DNA of 63,957 bases, filler included, from Octopus bimaculoides (lineage: Eukaryota): the NCBI RefSeq assembly GCF_001194135.2. It is 3 parts of 3 records of this genome, joined end to end, with 100 filler letters (N's around TTAATTAATTAA, not from the genome) between each part and the next. Parts side by side here need not be neighbours in the genome. Positions count along the whole stretch, not along the records: positions 1 to 23,101 come from NC_068986.1; 2 more parts are not named here. One strand, given 5' to 3'. The position numbers were made by a program, and so were the translations under genes. Positions 11,513 to 23,101 of the stretch are shown here, in pieces. Under the pieces are notes generated by a model. That model was given only the letters and a program-made list of their open reading frames with translations. It was not told the origin of the DNA and did not search any database. Within the stretch, counting starts at the first letter, position 1. The number at the start of each line of letters is the position of its first letter.

Positions 11513-14500
11513 GTTGAAATAAGTGTGTAGCTTCTGCTTTAGTAAGTATAATGTATATATGTTGATATGCATATATGTCTGTGTTTGTATACATATACAG
11601 ACACAGTTGGGCTCCCGTTAGGGACCTGTGAAACTTGAAGTAGCATGGAACAAAATCAAACTGTTTCAAATAATACATGCGATTCCTACAAAATGTGTTG
11701 ACTGTCGTTTTCTTTCATTTGTCCACCCACTCATATATATGAATATATATATAAATATAAGATCCAAGGATTGAGGCATAGGAGGAAAGTTAGCTTCAAG
11801 CAATCTGTAGTAAATATAAAAAACAACTATGGGGACAATAGTGGTTTATTGAGATGGAAGGTTGCAGATATTTTTGTATCAAAGTATGATAAGCTGAAAA
11901 AAGCTCTTTTTCTATTCCATGGTGGGTGACCAGGGTTGCTGGGTACGTGAATAAGAATAGAAGAGTTAAGGAATGGAATAGATAAGATCCAGGCTACATA
12001 TGTTTCATAGTGAGTGGAACCTCAGAAACGGTAAGTATCCAGGCGAGGTGTCGACTGCAAGCTACTTTTAGGTGAAGGATATCTTGATTAAACGAAAGTG
12101 TACATTGTCGCAAGGAGGTACGTGTTAAGACATGGAAGATTCAATCTGTTTAAAACACTAATGTTACATTAGTTTCAGATACGTAGTTGTAGGCAATCAA
12201 GTTGATTAGTGCATTAACATCATTTGTAATCCAAAGTTGTATACTGGGGATGATATTTGTTTTGTTCTGTTCTTGCAGTTGAATTCTTACACAAATATAA
12301 TTATAATGTGAAGCAAGTATCCAGAGTCATCAAAGTAAAACACAATAGCTTGTGTGGTATTCTGCTTGTAGAAAGTTACAGATTAATATACATCCCACTT
12401 GTTTGAACTTAACAGGTTCATCTTACAAATTAGGAAACTTAAGTAGGGAAGATGATTCAAACACTTACATTTGTGCAATTTGATTTAATATTGGAGCTTC
12501 ACTGTTACACAAGTGGTGACCCTAATCATACAATGGACTGTAATGACAACCTCATCAGTGTGGTGTGATTCATGGAAGTGTTGTGAAAAGCAGACAATAT
12601 TCAGAGGAATATGTGCAGCAATATCTAGCTGCACAAGGGAGAAAATCACTTGCATTAGATAGTTTACTCTATTGGTTTTATACATTTATATGCCAGACTT
12701 GTTTGGTGAACTTTTGGCAGGTATATGATTGCTTTGTCATATTCTGAGCCCTTTTCTGGGATATGCCTATACAGCCTTTTCTCTGCAGTTTCATGGGCCA
12801 AAAAAATTTTCAACTTCTTGCCAAATCGAGCCCAGAGCAATCTTTTATGTCTAACATTATTTCAGTATTATGTGTCAAAAGTGAAACAATAACATCTCTA
12901 TTGTAATGTGAGATACCTCCAGTTTAATAGCTTCACTATTAAACTATTAAAGTGAAACTATTATACATACATATTCATCATCAACACTCTACCAGTGCCA
13001 CTAATAGCTGTTGGGAATCCTTTCAGCCTTGCCTTAGATTTGAACCAGAATCTCAAAAACATTGTCCCCTTACAATTCATTCTCATTTGCTTCCCACAAC
13101 GGGGGGGGGGGGGAAATAAAACTTACTGCTCATGACAGGACAATGGAAAATGGTAAGAGACATTAACCAGATGCTACCTTGTCAAGTGAAATATATTGTC
13201 ATTCACTTCACCTCTAACCTTGCTAGCATATGGAGAGTTCAAAGGACTCCACACGACTATAGCACCACTGATATCTTCATCCTTCTACCCGTCTGATTTC
13301 TTATAAATACGACAGGGCAGCCATGCATTGACAAATGATAACATCCGGAATGCAACTCATAACCACTTTCTTCTTTGCTCTTACCATTTCTCTCATCTTG
13401 CCTTTCACAACATTGCTCTATCAAAGCAATACTGATCGAGTAAAACCCATTCATTCATTCTGCTGAATTTGGTACGTAACCTTTTTCATTCGTAAATTGG
13501 ATTAATTTCAATAAATGCCACTGCACGCGTTTCACTAAGGAAAAAAATGAAAGATTTCACTGCTATTTCTAGCACACGCTGCAACCACGTAACAGCTACT
13601 CGCAAATACCTGTTCAGTGGTAGCAGGTTGTGTTAGAAATACCAACCAAATCAGTTAATGTTTACAAGTACACCTGCATGTCAACCCCCACCACTTTTCT
13701 TTCTTTCTTTTCCAGCAGATTCCTATCTTTCATTTTCAATTCCCTGTCCCTACCCCAAATTTTACATTTTCACTTTTTTCAAAATAATTTCTTACTTCTT
13801 GCCTAATGCGGACGCCAAGCAATCTTTCACACTGGTTCAGTCAATTTTTTACATTTTAACTTCTTTTCTATTTCTTTGATTAAGAACAGGGGAACAGGGT
13901 ACTTGATATCAATAAAAAAAAATCCAAGTTTTTTTTACCTTTTTCTTAGTGAAATGCATGCGGGTGCNNNNNNNNNNNNNNNNNNNNNNNNNNNNNNNNN
14001 NNNNNNNNNNNNNNNNNNNNNNNNNNNNNNNNNNNNNNNNNNNNNNNNNNNNNNNNNNNNNNNNNNNNNNNNNNNNNNNNNNNNNNNNNNNNNNNNNNNN
14101 NNNNNNNNNNNNNNNNNNNNNNNNNNNNNNNNNNNNNNNNNNNNNNNNNNNNNNNNNNNNNNNNNNNNNNNNNNNNNNNNNNNNNNNNNNNNNNNNNNNN
14201 NNNNNNNNNNNNNNNNNNNNNNNNNNNNNNNNNNNNNNNNNNNNNNNNNNNNNNNNNNNNNNNNNNNNNNNNNNNNNNNNNNNNNNNNNNNNNNNNNTAT
14301 ATATATATATATATATATATTCCTTATGCATTCTAAAATTGAGAAATTGAGTTACCAATTATAAAGTATGGGGTATCAAAAGATCCAGTACTATTTCGGC
14401 TACAAACTAAACTTAGTTCCATTCACATATCTGCATTTCAAAAATTTAACATACTCTTTTATATAAACCAACTATCGTAAACATTTTATACAATGACGAT

Positions 14501-15825
14501 GACGTCACATTTTCTAAATGTGTTTGTACCTTAAAAGACATCAGTCATCATGACACACACCTTCACTCACTCACTCTATCTCTCAATCTATCTTTCTCTC
14601 TCCCACACACACGCATGCATGCACACACATACATGTCCATACATTTTTCATTTTTTCTGTCCTTTTCATTTTCTTTTCTTTCAAATTCTGCTCTCTTCAA
14701 ATAAATTTTTACGGAATGAGCAGGAGAAACACAAAATGAGAAAAAGACAGAGAGACAAGAGAAAGAAACAGAGACAGAAAACAGGTTTCTATAGGAGAAG
14801 ATGAAAGACAGGGATAGCGGGTGACAGAGAAATGCGTATGTTTCATACCTTATGTTCTCAGCGAGAGAGAGAGAGAAAGAATGTGTGTGTGTGTGTGTGT
14901 GTGTATGTGCATGCATGTGTGTGCGTGTGCGTATGTTTCTTATGCATTCCAAAAGTGCATTGCCCATTTTGACATATGGGGTATCAAAATATTCAGTAAT
15001 TTTTGGGCTACCAGATAAACTATATTTTCATTTACATACATCCTACATTCTATCAACAACCAGCTGTAGTTATTTGAAAGACACTACTCTACAACGACCA
15101 GGCTTCATTAGAAAGTGAAAATAGTTTCACACTTTCAATTTCAACCAAAATTACAAAGTGTTGCATTACAAGACTGACAATGTTTCAATAATGAAAGTAA
15201 TGTTTCGCCAAATTAGTCACATCTGTACTATAATAAAGAAAGCTGCTTATTATCTATAATGTGATAAAGCTATAATATTGTTTCACTTTCATTCTTTCAC
15301 TTTTAATTCTAATGTGATAACATTAAGATCATCTTATTTCTATTGTATTTGAAATAAATGAATAATTTACATCCTAATGTGAACAACATTACGCATTGGC
15401 AACTTTCCATCTTTACGGCCACCACAGCAGAATGGTATATCAGTGTATGTGTAGACTGACATAACGAACGGCTGGAGGTGAAACTTTTGACAAAAAACAA
15501 TAAAGTGGCAGGTCCAAGGTATATAAAAATACACATTCACCTTTTATTTACCAGTTAATAATTATTGCAGCAGTTGCAAGTTATTTACAGTAACATATTT
15601 ACCTTTAAATTAACATTTAATACATGTGCTTAATATATATAAAAATATATTAAGAAATTTACCTATAATAATTATTGTGGCATTTACCGTTAAATTAGCA
15701 GTTCATACATGTGCTTCTCTTTGGTTAATTTATACTGAATACAAAAATAAAAACACACCACATACATACAATTACTTACAAAAAGAAGGATTAATGTATA
15801 ATTTCTTTCTATGTTCATAATTTTT

Positions 15826-16902
15826 TGTTTACAATATTGAAAAAAAATGCCACCAAAGAAAAGACATAATCTCTCTAGAAACAAGTATAAAGCAAGGAGG
15901 ATTGTAGAAAACCAAAGGCAAGAGTCTCCAGAGAAAAGTGAGATGAGATTTTCTCAAGATCAGCAAAGGGATGCTGCAGCACATCAGATAGAGTCTCCAG
16001 AGAGAAGGGAAATGAGACTTTCCCAAAATCAGCAAATGCATGCTGCAGCACTTAATACTGGATCATTAAATCAATGTTTTAATGATTAGACAGAGGTCCA
16101 ATAGAATAGCTCTCAGAAACAGACTATGTACAAATTTGTTCTTCACAACTCCTGAAGCTCTTTTCAGATATGATCCATCCCATTCTTATAAAAATGATAA
16201 CTCGGTCCAAATTGGTGTGCTAAACACAAATTGTCATTTCTGTAGAGGTTTGAATTTTTCAAATGAAACAAATGGCATGTGCTGCTTAGGCAGTCAGGTA
16301 ACATTGCCAGCACTACTAGCTCCTTCTCAACATTTTATGAATCTTCTAGAAAGGACTTCCATCAAGTCAAAGGATTTTCTGAACAATATCACATAATACA
16401 ACTATGCCTTTCAAATGACATCATTTACTGCATCTAAGAAGATAGTTAAAGATGAATTTATGCCGACGTCAAAGTTCAAGGGCAAATCTATCACTTCATT
16501 GGTTCCCTGTTACCCACAAATGACAACCACAGTTCCTCCAAATTTACTTCATAAATAATGTAAGACAACAAACCCGAAGGAAGTGTCAAAATTTCAGGTG
16601 ATGGGTCGGGTTAGACACAGCGCTGACTGCTGCAAAAGAGAGTATATCCATTGACAGCTTTCTGGTGCATTCAAAAATCACATAACCCCCATCCCCAATT
16701 TTCCATGACAGGTTAGGGCCTGAAATACTCCAAACAGACGCATAGCATGTCACTTAGTCGAATTAGCCCATCATTTACTCCACAAATGTTTTGTTAACAA
16801 CAATGCTGCACTTTCCCATATCACCTGTTTCAACATAACTGTAATATATTATATACACACTGTGCCATTTTAATCCCAAGCAATGCCAGGTATCTCTGTT
16901 AG
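15826..16902 (+). mobile_element. Helitron deletion derivative (N-terminal transposase relic plus 3' terminus)
   Basis: Broken frames give MPPKKR..., FRYDPSHSY..CHFC..ETNGMCC..V.LP, then *YNYAFQMTSF..FMPT/KVQGQIYH.IGSLLP/PQFLQIYF, which match the Helitron RepHel N-terminal region. The 3' end cccaagcaatgccaggtatctctgTTAG|t resembles a decayed hairpin plus CTAG. The Rep and helicase domains are absent. Confidence 0.8.
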
Positions 16903-18141
16903 TTATGTAATAAATTTTCGTTATAGACATATTTCTGTTTTAAAACTCTGTTTCTCGATTGGTTAATATGAGGTGGCTGAAAACTTTTACACAGCCATTT
17001 TTGATGGTCATCTCGCATCTTCCCCTCTCATTCAGAATTCCTATTACAAAATATAAATGATTAAGTATGGAAATGACTCAAACAGGACCAATATTTTATC
17101 AGTAAGAAACAATGCAAAACATCCACTTATAAGTCAGCAGTTAGTAGGAATTTACAATAGTTAAAAGTGGCCGGACTTTTGCATAGTACTGTAGTTCCAG
17201 TTTTAGTTGTGAATTTAGTTGCTTTACAACTTTTGTTGTATCTTTTCCTTCATAGTTGTCTGATATTATGACCTCTTTCTTGTATTTTTCAGCTTCCTTG
17301 AAAACAGAAAACAGGTTTTTGGTTTGCTCATTCTTTGTAGCTTTTTCTATTAGTTTTCCTTGGCTCTGACTTGGCTATCTCTGTAGTACTATAGTGGATA
17401 TTTTATAATAGTTTTCTAGTTGTTTAAGGCCTCTAACAGCTTCCATTTGTTGTGTATATATAACTTTTCTATGTTAGATTTTGGATGGTGTATTCTAAAT
17501 TCCATCATTGTTTTCCTTCTCTTCCTGTCTAGTTTGTTTACCTAATTTAGTATCCAATTACAGGACTTCCCCAAAAAGACTGAATAACCAAACAGATTAA
17601 AACACACACACACAAGCAAAAATGTAATGTAATAAACTGTTTGTACCGAAGACATGTAAGAAAATGCTGAAATGTGAGACAATGATAGTAATGTTAATCA
17701 CAACTCTTAGAAGGGTTTATTTCTGAAATAGGAATAAAAATTGCTAATAATGTATGTATAACAAAAGATTCTTTGGTGGGTTTAACAATAATTTTCTGCT
17801 CAGCAAAAGATATAAAACATTTACGTGGAAGGAAAAATTTAAGTTGTTATTTTTGAAATATGTTTCAGAATTGCTAAAAGCACAGCAGATTAATTTTGGA
17901 TCCTTTATTTGACAATTGTATTGTACAAAAGAAGCGAATGCATTGTTAGGGACATATAATGTGCCTAGGTAACATGTCCATACCAGTGCAGATATCAAAG
18001 AACTCTCAGAAGGTCCACATGGGAGTAACCAGTCTAAAAATTTTGAAACTTAGAAAAATGATACAAAGACAGGAATAGCACAATGCTGTGTTGGAGAAGA
18101 CTTGACTAAGATGCTCAAGCAGGGAAAAGTGAACATAAAAG

Positions 18142-18172
<31 letters not shown>

Positions 18173-19285
18173 AATTTCTAATTTAGGTACAAGGCCAGAA
18201 GTTTTGTGGGGAGGAGGTAAACCAATGCTATAAATACCAGTAATTAAATGGTTCTTTATTTTATCAAACTCCAGAAGCTCAACTTGGGAGAAGATGAAAT
18301 CAGAGCCTCAAGAGTAGGAAAAAATAGGTCTTCTTAATTAGTAGCAATGTGGAGATAAATAAATAAAAAAGAAACATAACAAAACAAACATCAAAAATTC
18401 AAGCCATCCTTAAATACAATCTCCAAAACATAAAATTACTGGGCTCAGCACATTCAGAAGCAGGATCCATCCCATAAATTGAATATATGAAAAACTATCT
18501 TAGCACACTTGTTCTCAGCTGCACTGGTATGGACATGTGCATTTTGTAGGTCTCTACTAATGCATTTACTTCTCTTGGACACTAAATTTGGTAGGGAAAG
18601 AATTTTGAATTAATCTGCGAGGTTTTTAGCAATTCTGAATTAATTTCAAAAACAATAACAACTTAGACTCCTTGTATGTTGATTGTCATCACAATAATGA
18701 TGAAGATGCAACTGCTGCTGCTGCTCATGAAGTTGATGATGATAATGACAGTGACAATAACAACATCAACAATTTTGCTTTACTTTCCAATATTTTTCAA
18801 ATGTAAACCTAAATTGTAATTCAGAAACTGTGGGAACCAAATTATTTTGAGTTTAAAGTAGAACTTACATAAACAGTTATGTTCCTACGGGAGGTATAAA
18901 ACAACAACAGAGTAAATATGATATAGAGGAACTATTCAGGTGTTCAAATTGATCTTTCTGATAATAACTTAACTTAGACTGACCCTGGGTCAAGGATACA
19001 AACAGTATATCGTAAAATCTTCAGATTTATATCAAAACATCCCAATTTTATGAAAGAAAATGTAATTCTCCAAATGTTAAAATAAAAATAGAAACAGTAA
19101 TTATTTCATTAAATAACTCAAGCTTTGAGTTATTTTCAATATTGTACAAAAAAAAAAAAAAAAAAAAAGTGTATTTCAATTGAAATGGTCAGCACAGAAA
19201 ATGTTTCTGGTACCTGAAAGTATTTCTCTGTTGAAACTGTGGTGTAAACCAAATCCTAAAATTTCTCCTCTGTTTCAAAGACAAT

Positions 19286-20179
19286 TTAATCCCGAGTAAA
19301 TATATTTACAATGCTTTTGCGGAATGTTTTCTTACAAAATCCATACATCACAGGGTTTAATGATGAATTTAGTATCCAACTACGATATGAAATTACTTTA
19401 AAAATCTGCAACAAGTTGGAATCTTTGCAGTATGGATATATGACGAAGAAGACACGTGTTGGTAAAAAACTGACAAAATACAAAATGGAGATTGAGATAA
19501 GTACAATGTAAATGTGATTGATTTGTTCTTGTTTGCAAGCTTCTTCTTCACTTTGCTTTTTCTTCAAATGCTGAGTAATACTCTTCTGAACAAACAAAGA
19601 AAGTACAGTCATGGTGAAGAAAAGTATAATGTGAAGAAATAATACTCCAACAGAAAATAGCCAGACAAAGGTCCCTCTAAAGTTAGTATCACATGTCATA
19701 TATATCTTGTTTTCATGGGTAAAGGGAACACCTTCAGTGTAAAAAACCAAAGGTATTATTAATGCAACTGATATTATAGTTTTGAAAATAATAAGAGTAT
19801 TACGTCGTTTGGGAGTGATTTGTTTGTCATGTGGGCAACATATTTTTCTGAACCTTTCAATGGCAATAGAAATCACAATCAAGGATGACATGAAAGAACA
19901 GATGAAGACAATAAACCTGTACAATTTGCACAAATAATTTAACTGAATTGCTGGGTAAAGTTCAGTCATTTCAAGAGGCATTCCAAGGATACATCCAATG
20001 AGATCAATGACAGCTAGTACAAGGATGAATGTTTCTACATTGCTTTTCTGGGATTGGCGTGCATAAATATATACCACAAACATGTTACCTATGAGTCCCA
20101 CAATTAGGAAGAAAGGTATGATACTAAAAACAACTAATCTTGAAAACATAACAGGATCAGACAAATGGGTTTCATTCAT
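19286..20179 (-). CDS. Class A orphan GPCR, cluster copy 4 (297 aa; premature TAA removes 10 C-terminal codons)
   Basis: GLIGN, LAVIDL, ERF, SFLP, NSSLNPVMYGF, NET sequon. Downstream of the TAA the frame continues IVFETEEKF to the ancestral TAG at 19256-19258. Confidence 0.88.
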   Translation of the reverse strand: MNETHLSDPVMFSRLVVFSIIPFFLIVGLIGNMFVVYIYARQSQKSNVETFILVLAVIDLIGCILGMPLEMTELYPAIQLNYLCKLYRFIVFICSFMSSLIVISIAIERFRKICCPHDKQITPKRRNTLIIFKTIISVALIIPLVFYTEGVPFTHENKIYMTCDTNFRGTFVWLFSVGVLFLHIILFFTMTVLSLFVQKSITQHLKKKQSEEEACKQEQINHIYIVLISISILYFVSFLPTRVFFVIYPYCKDSNLLQIFKVISYRSWILNSSLNPVMYGFCKKTFRKSIVNIFTRD

Positions 20180-21519
20180 GTTGAAATAAGTGTGTAGTTT
20201 CTAGTTTAATGAATATAATGTATATATGCTGATTGTTGATATATATATATGTCAGAGATGTACTTGTAGGTAAGCAATTTGTTTACTGCATTAACACCAT
20301 TTGTAATCCAAACTTATATACTGGAGATGATATTCGTTTTGTTTTACTGTTGCAGTTGAGTTCTTACACAAATATAATTACAATGTGAAGTAAACATCCA
20401 GAGAATGATTAAAATAATATGCAATAGCTTATGCAGTTGTCTGCTTATAAATGTTTACAGATTAATATATATCCTGCTTGGTTTAACTTAACAGATTCAA
20501 CTTAAGATAACAACATCACAATATTGGACAAATTTAGAGGATTTATGCTGGAAAAACACTTACATTTTCTTAATTTGCTATTTTTAATAAAACAGCTGCT
20601 CTTTGGCACTTCACTGTTTTGTACAAACCCTAATCGCACAATGGACTGCAATGACTACCTCATCAGTGAGCTGTGAGTTTTGGCAATGGGGAAAGAATGT
20701 GAAAAGTGGACAACATTCATGGAGAACCACTCACTTTAAAAGGTTGCTCTATGGGTTTGTAAAGAAACGGAAAAAATAAAATCCCGACACTGGTTGATTA
20801 GTGCATTAACATCATCTGTAATCCAAACTTGTATACTGGGGATGATATTTCTTTGTGCTGTTGTTGTAGTTGAGTTTTTACACAAATACAATTACAATAC
20901 GAAGTAAACATACACAGAAAGCTATCAAAGTAAAATGTAATAGCGTGTGTTGTATTCTGCTTAAATAAGGTTACAGATATATCCTCCTTTTTTAACTCAA
21001 TACAATAGGATCTAACACCACCATATTGGACTCACTAGAGTTAGAAAATTTAAGCAGGAAGGATGATTCAAACACTTAGATTTTCCCAATCTGTTACTCT
21101 TAATATTGCAACTTTTTTGTGACACTTCATTGTTCAGAAGTGGCATCTCTGGTCACACAATGGACTTAAATGATCACCTCATCAATAAGTTATGACTCAT
21201 GGCAATGGAGGCAGAGTGTCGTGAATATCAGACAATGTTCCAGTAATATCTAACTGCATGGAGGGATTAGTTACTGTATAGTAAGTATACATTTATGTCA
21301 AACTTGTTAGATGACCTTTTGGCAGGGGGATACAAAAACTCACAACAGTAGTGTTAATGAGAAAAAACTGAAACAAGGGGAACCACATCAATAATTTTCA
21401 GTACATAACTTTTGCTCAAAGTAGATGTCAAGATTTTGGCCAAGATACTTGCAAAGAGTTTGCACTTGTCTTCAATAGTCAGACTGATGATATGCAAACA
21501 TGCAGTATCCTGAACATAT

Positions 21520-22260
21520 CAATATATTACAACATCCACCTCATGCAATACATCATAGAGAAAGTAGGTGATGAACATGGCATAGGTGGGCTCTGATCAG
21601 TTCTGTATACCCTGACTCCTAGGCCAGCTCTGTGAAAACTACAGGCCTTAAGGTGCATCACACATGAAGTAGGATAGAAAAGATCTGTACTTAGAAAGAA
21701 CTCAAACAAGGGAGACCTGTGATAATGCAGGTCAATAGGAAGCATTCAATAGGGTCACCCACTAATATTTGGCAGCAATCCTCACAACAGCTGGTTTCAG
21801 TGAATTCTTCAGGGACTGGATTACTATTTTATAACAACATTTGGTTAGTGGTGAGGGTGAACAGCTACCTCTCACAGTCATTCAGTATTCTGGCACACAA
21901 TCCTTCTAAAGTGTGCCATATCATCTCCCTTATGTGCACTGATTCTTTTGCCACTGTTGTGGAAACTAGAGGCAATGCAGTGTATCGCACATGAACTAGG
22001 ATGCTGAAGATCTGTACTTGCACACACAGATGACCTCACCATAATAGTATTAGACACCAAGCACATCAAAGTGATCAGCAATGCTCTAAGAGAGTGCAAG
22101 GTGGTAAATGGAGACAAAAATCAACCTAGGAAGGTCAATAAGCTAGCAACTGGCCAACTGGAGAGGCAGGTCCACATTGTGCCTATATTGTTGAGGGGTA
22201 CTCAGCAGATGGAAGCAACTACCTTTCAACAATTGTCCACATGATGATGTCAACTCTGTA
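21520..22260 (+). mobile_element. Tx1/L1-clade LINE reverse transcriptase relic
   Basis: Broken frames: ..AFNRVTH*YLAAILTTAGF..WITILYNNIWLVVRVNSYLSQSFSI..ELGC..AHTDDLTIIV..KHIKVISNALRECKVVNG. These match RT motifs, including a decayed YADD. Confidence 0.6.
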
Positions 22261-22390
22261 TTCTACTTCTTTATTGATCTCCTGATACAATTTAAGATGT
22301 CACCAGACATCTGTACCAACTCAAGACTTTCTAAAATCTGGGAATGGGAAACCATGTGATACACGTCCTTATTATTGATCCACACCATAA

Positions 22391-22729
22391 GGCCCAGTAG
22401 TGCAATTTTCTGTATGTTATATATATTTGTAAGTCCTGGTGTTTTTGTTATGTATTTGTCTGAATATTTTTTTATTATACCTAAGGCACCTACTATGATA
22501 GGAATTGTTTCTGTTTTTAGATTCCACATTCGAGTTACCTCTATTTCCAGGTCTTTGTATTTTGAAAGTTTTTCCACTTCTTTTAGGGAAACGTTGTCAT
22601 CTGCTGGTATTGATACATCAATTAGAAAGCGTTTTTTTTCTTCATGATCTTTGACAACTATATCTGGTCTATTTGCCTTAATATCTCCATCTGTGTGTAT
22701 TGGCATATCCCAGAGTATGGTTGCTTTCT
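22391..22729 (-). mobile_element. R4/NeSL-like non-LTR retrotransposon, restriction-like endonuclease (RLE) C-terminal fragment
   Basis: EKATILWDMPIHTD..ANRPDIVV..LIDVSIP..EKLSKYKDL..IPIIVGALG..IQKIALLG: the PD-(D/E)xK RLE signature of RLE-type LINEs. Confidence 0.85.
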
Positions 22730-23101
22730 CAGTATGGCCTGGGTGGACTACCAAAAGGCCTTCGACAGTGTTCCCCACACGTGGATTCTGGAAGCGCTAG
22801 CCATAAACAAGGTGGCACCAATTATTATAAAATACATAAGGCACTCAATGAACAAATGGCAGACAGTGCTACAGCTCGAAACAAAAGAGGGACTTGTGAA
22901 AATGAAAGCCATCCCCATTAGAAGAGGAATATTCCAGGGAGACACGCTCTCTCCACTCCTGTTCTGCCTGACACTCACACCTTTAACAGAATTGCTAAAT
23001 AGAACTGGATGCGGTTACAAATGCTACGGAAAAACAGTCAGCCACCTTCTATATATGGATGACCTAAAATTATATGCTAAAAACGACAAAGAGCTAGAAA
23101 C
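22727..23101 (+). mobile_element. R4/NeSL-like reverse transcriptase fragment, inverted relative to the adjacent RLE fragment
   Basis: LSMAWVDYQKAFDSVPH...RRGIFQGDTLSPLLF...HLLYMDDLKLYAK, with no stops. Runs into an N gap. Confidence 0.9.

Noticed and set aside
11513-11572. 20-aa N-terminal extension of GPCR copy 3 in the ORF track
   Set aside because: Paralogues start at the MN.T Met, and a conserved acceptor AG lies 21 nt upstream of that Met, so the extension is probably intronic.
11760-12170. ~400-bp insertion unique to the GPCR copy 3 upstream region
   Set aside because: Looks like decayed mobile DNA, but I could not recognise any domain in six frames; left unassigned.
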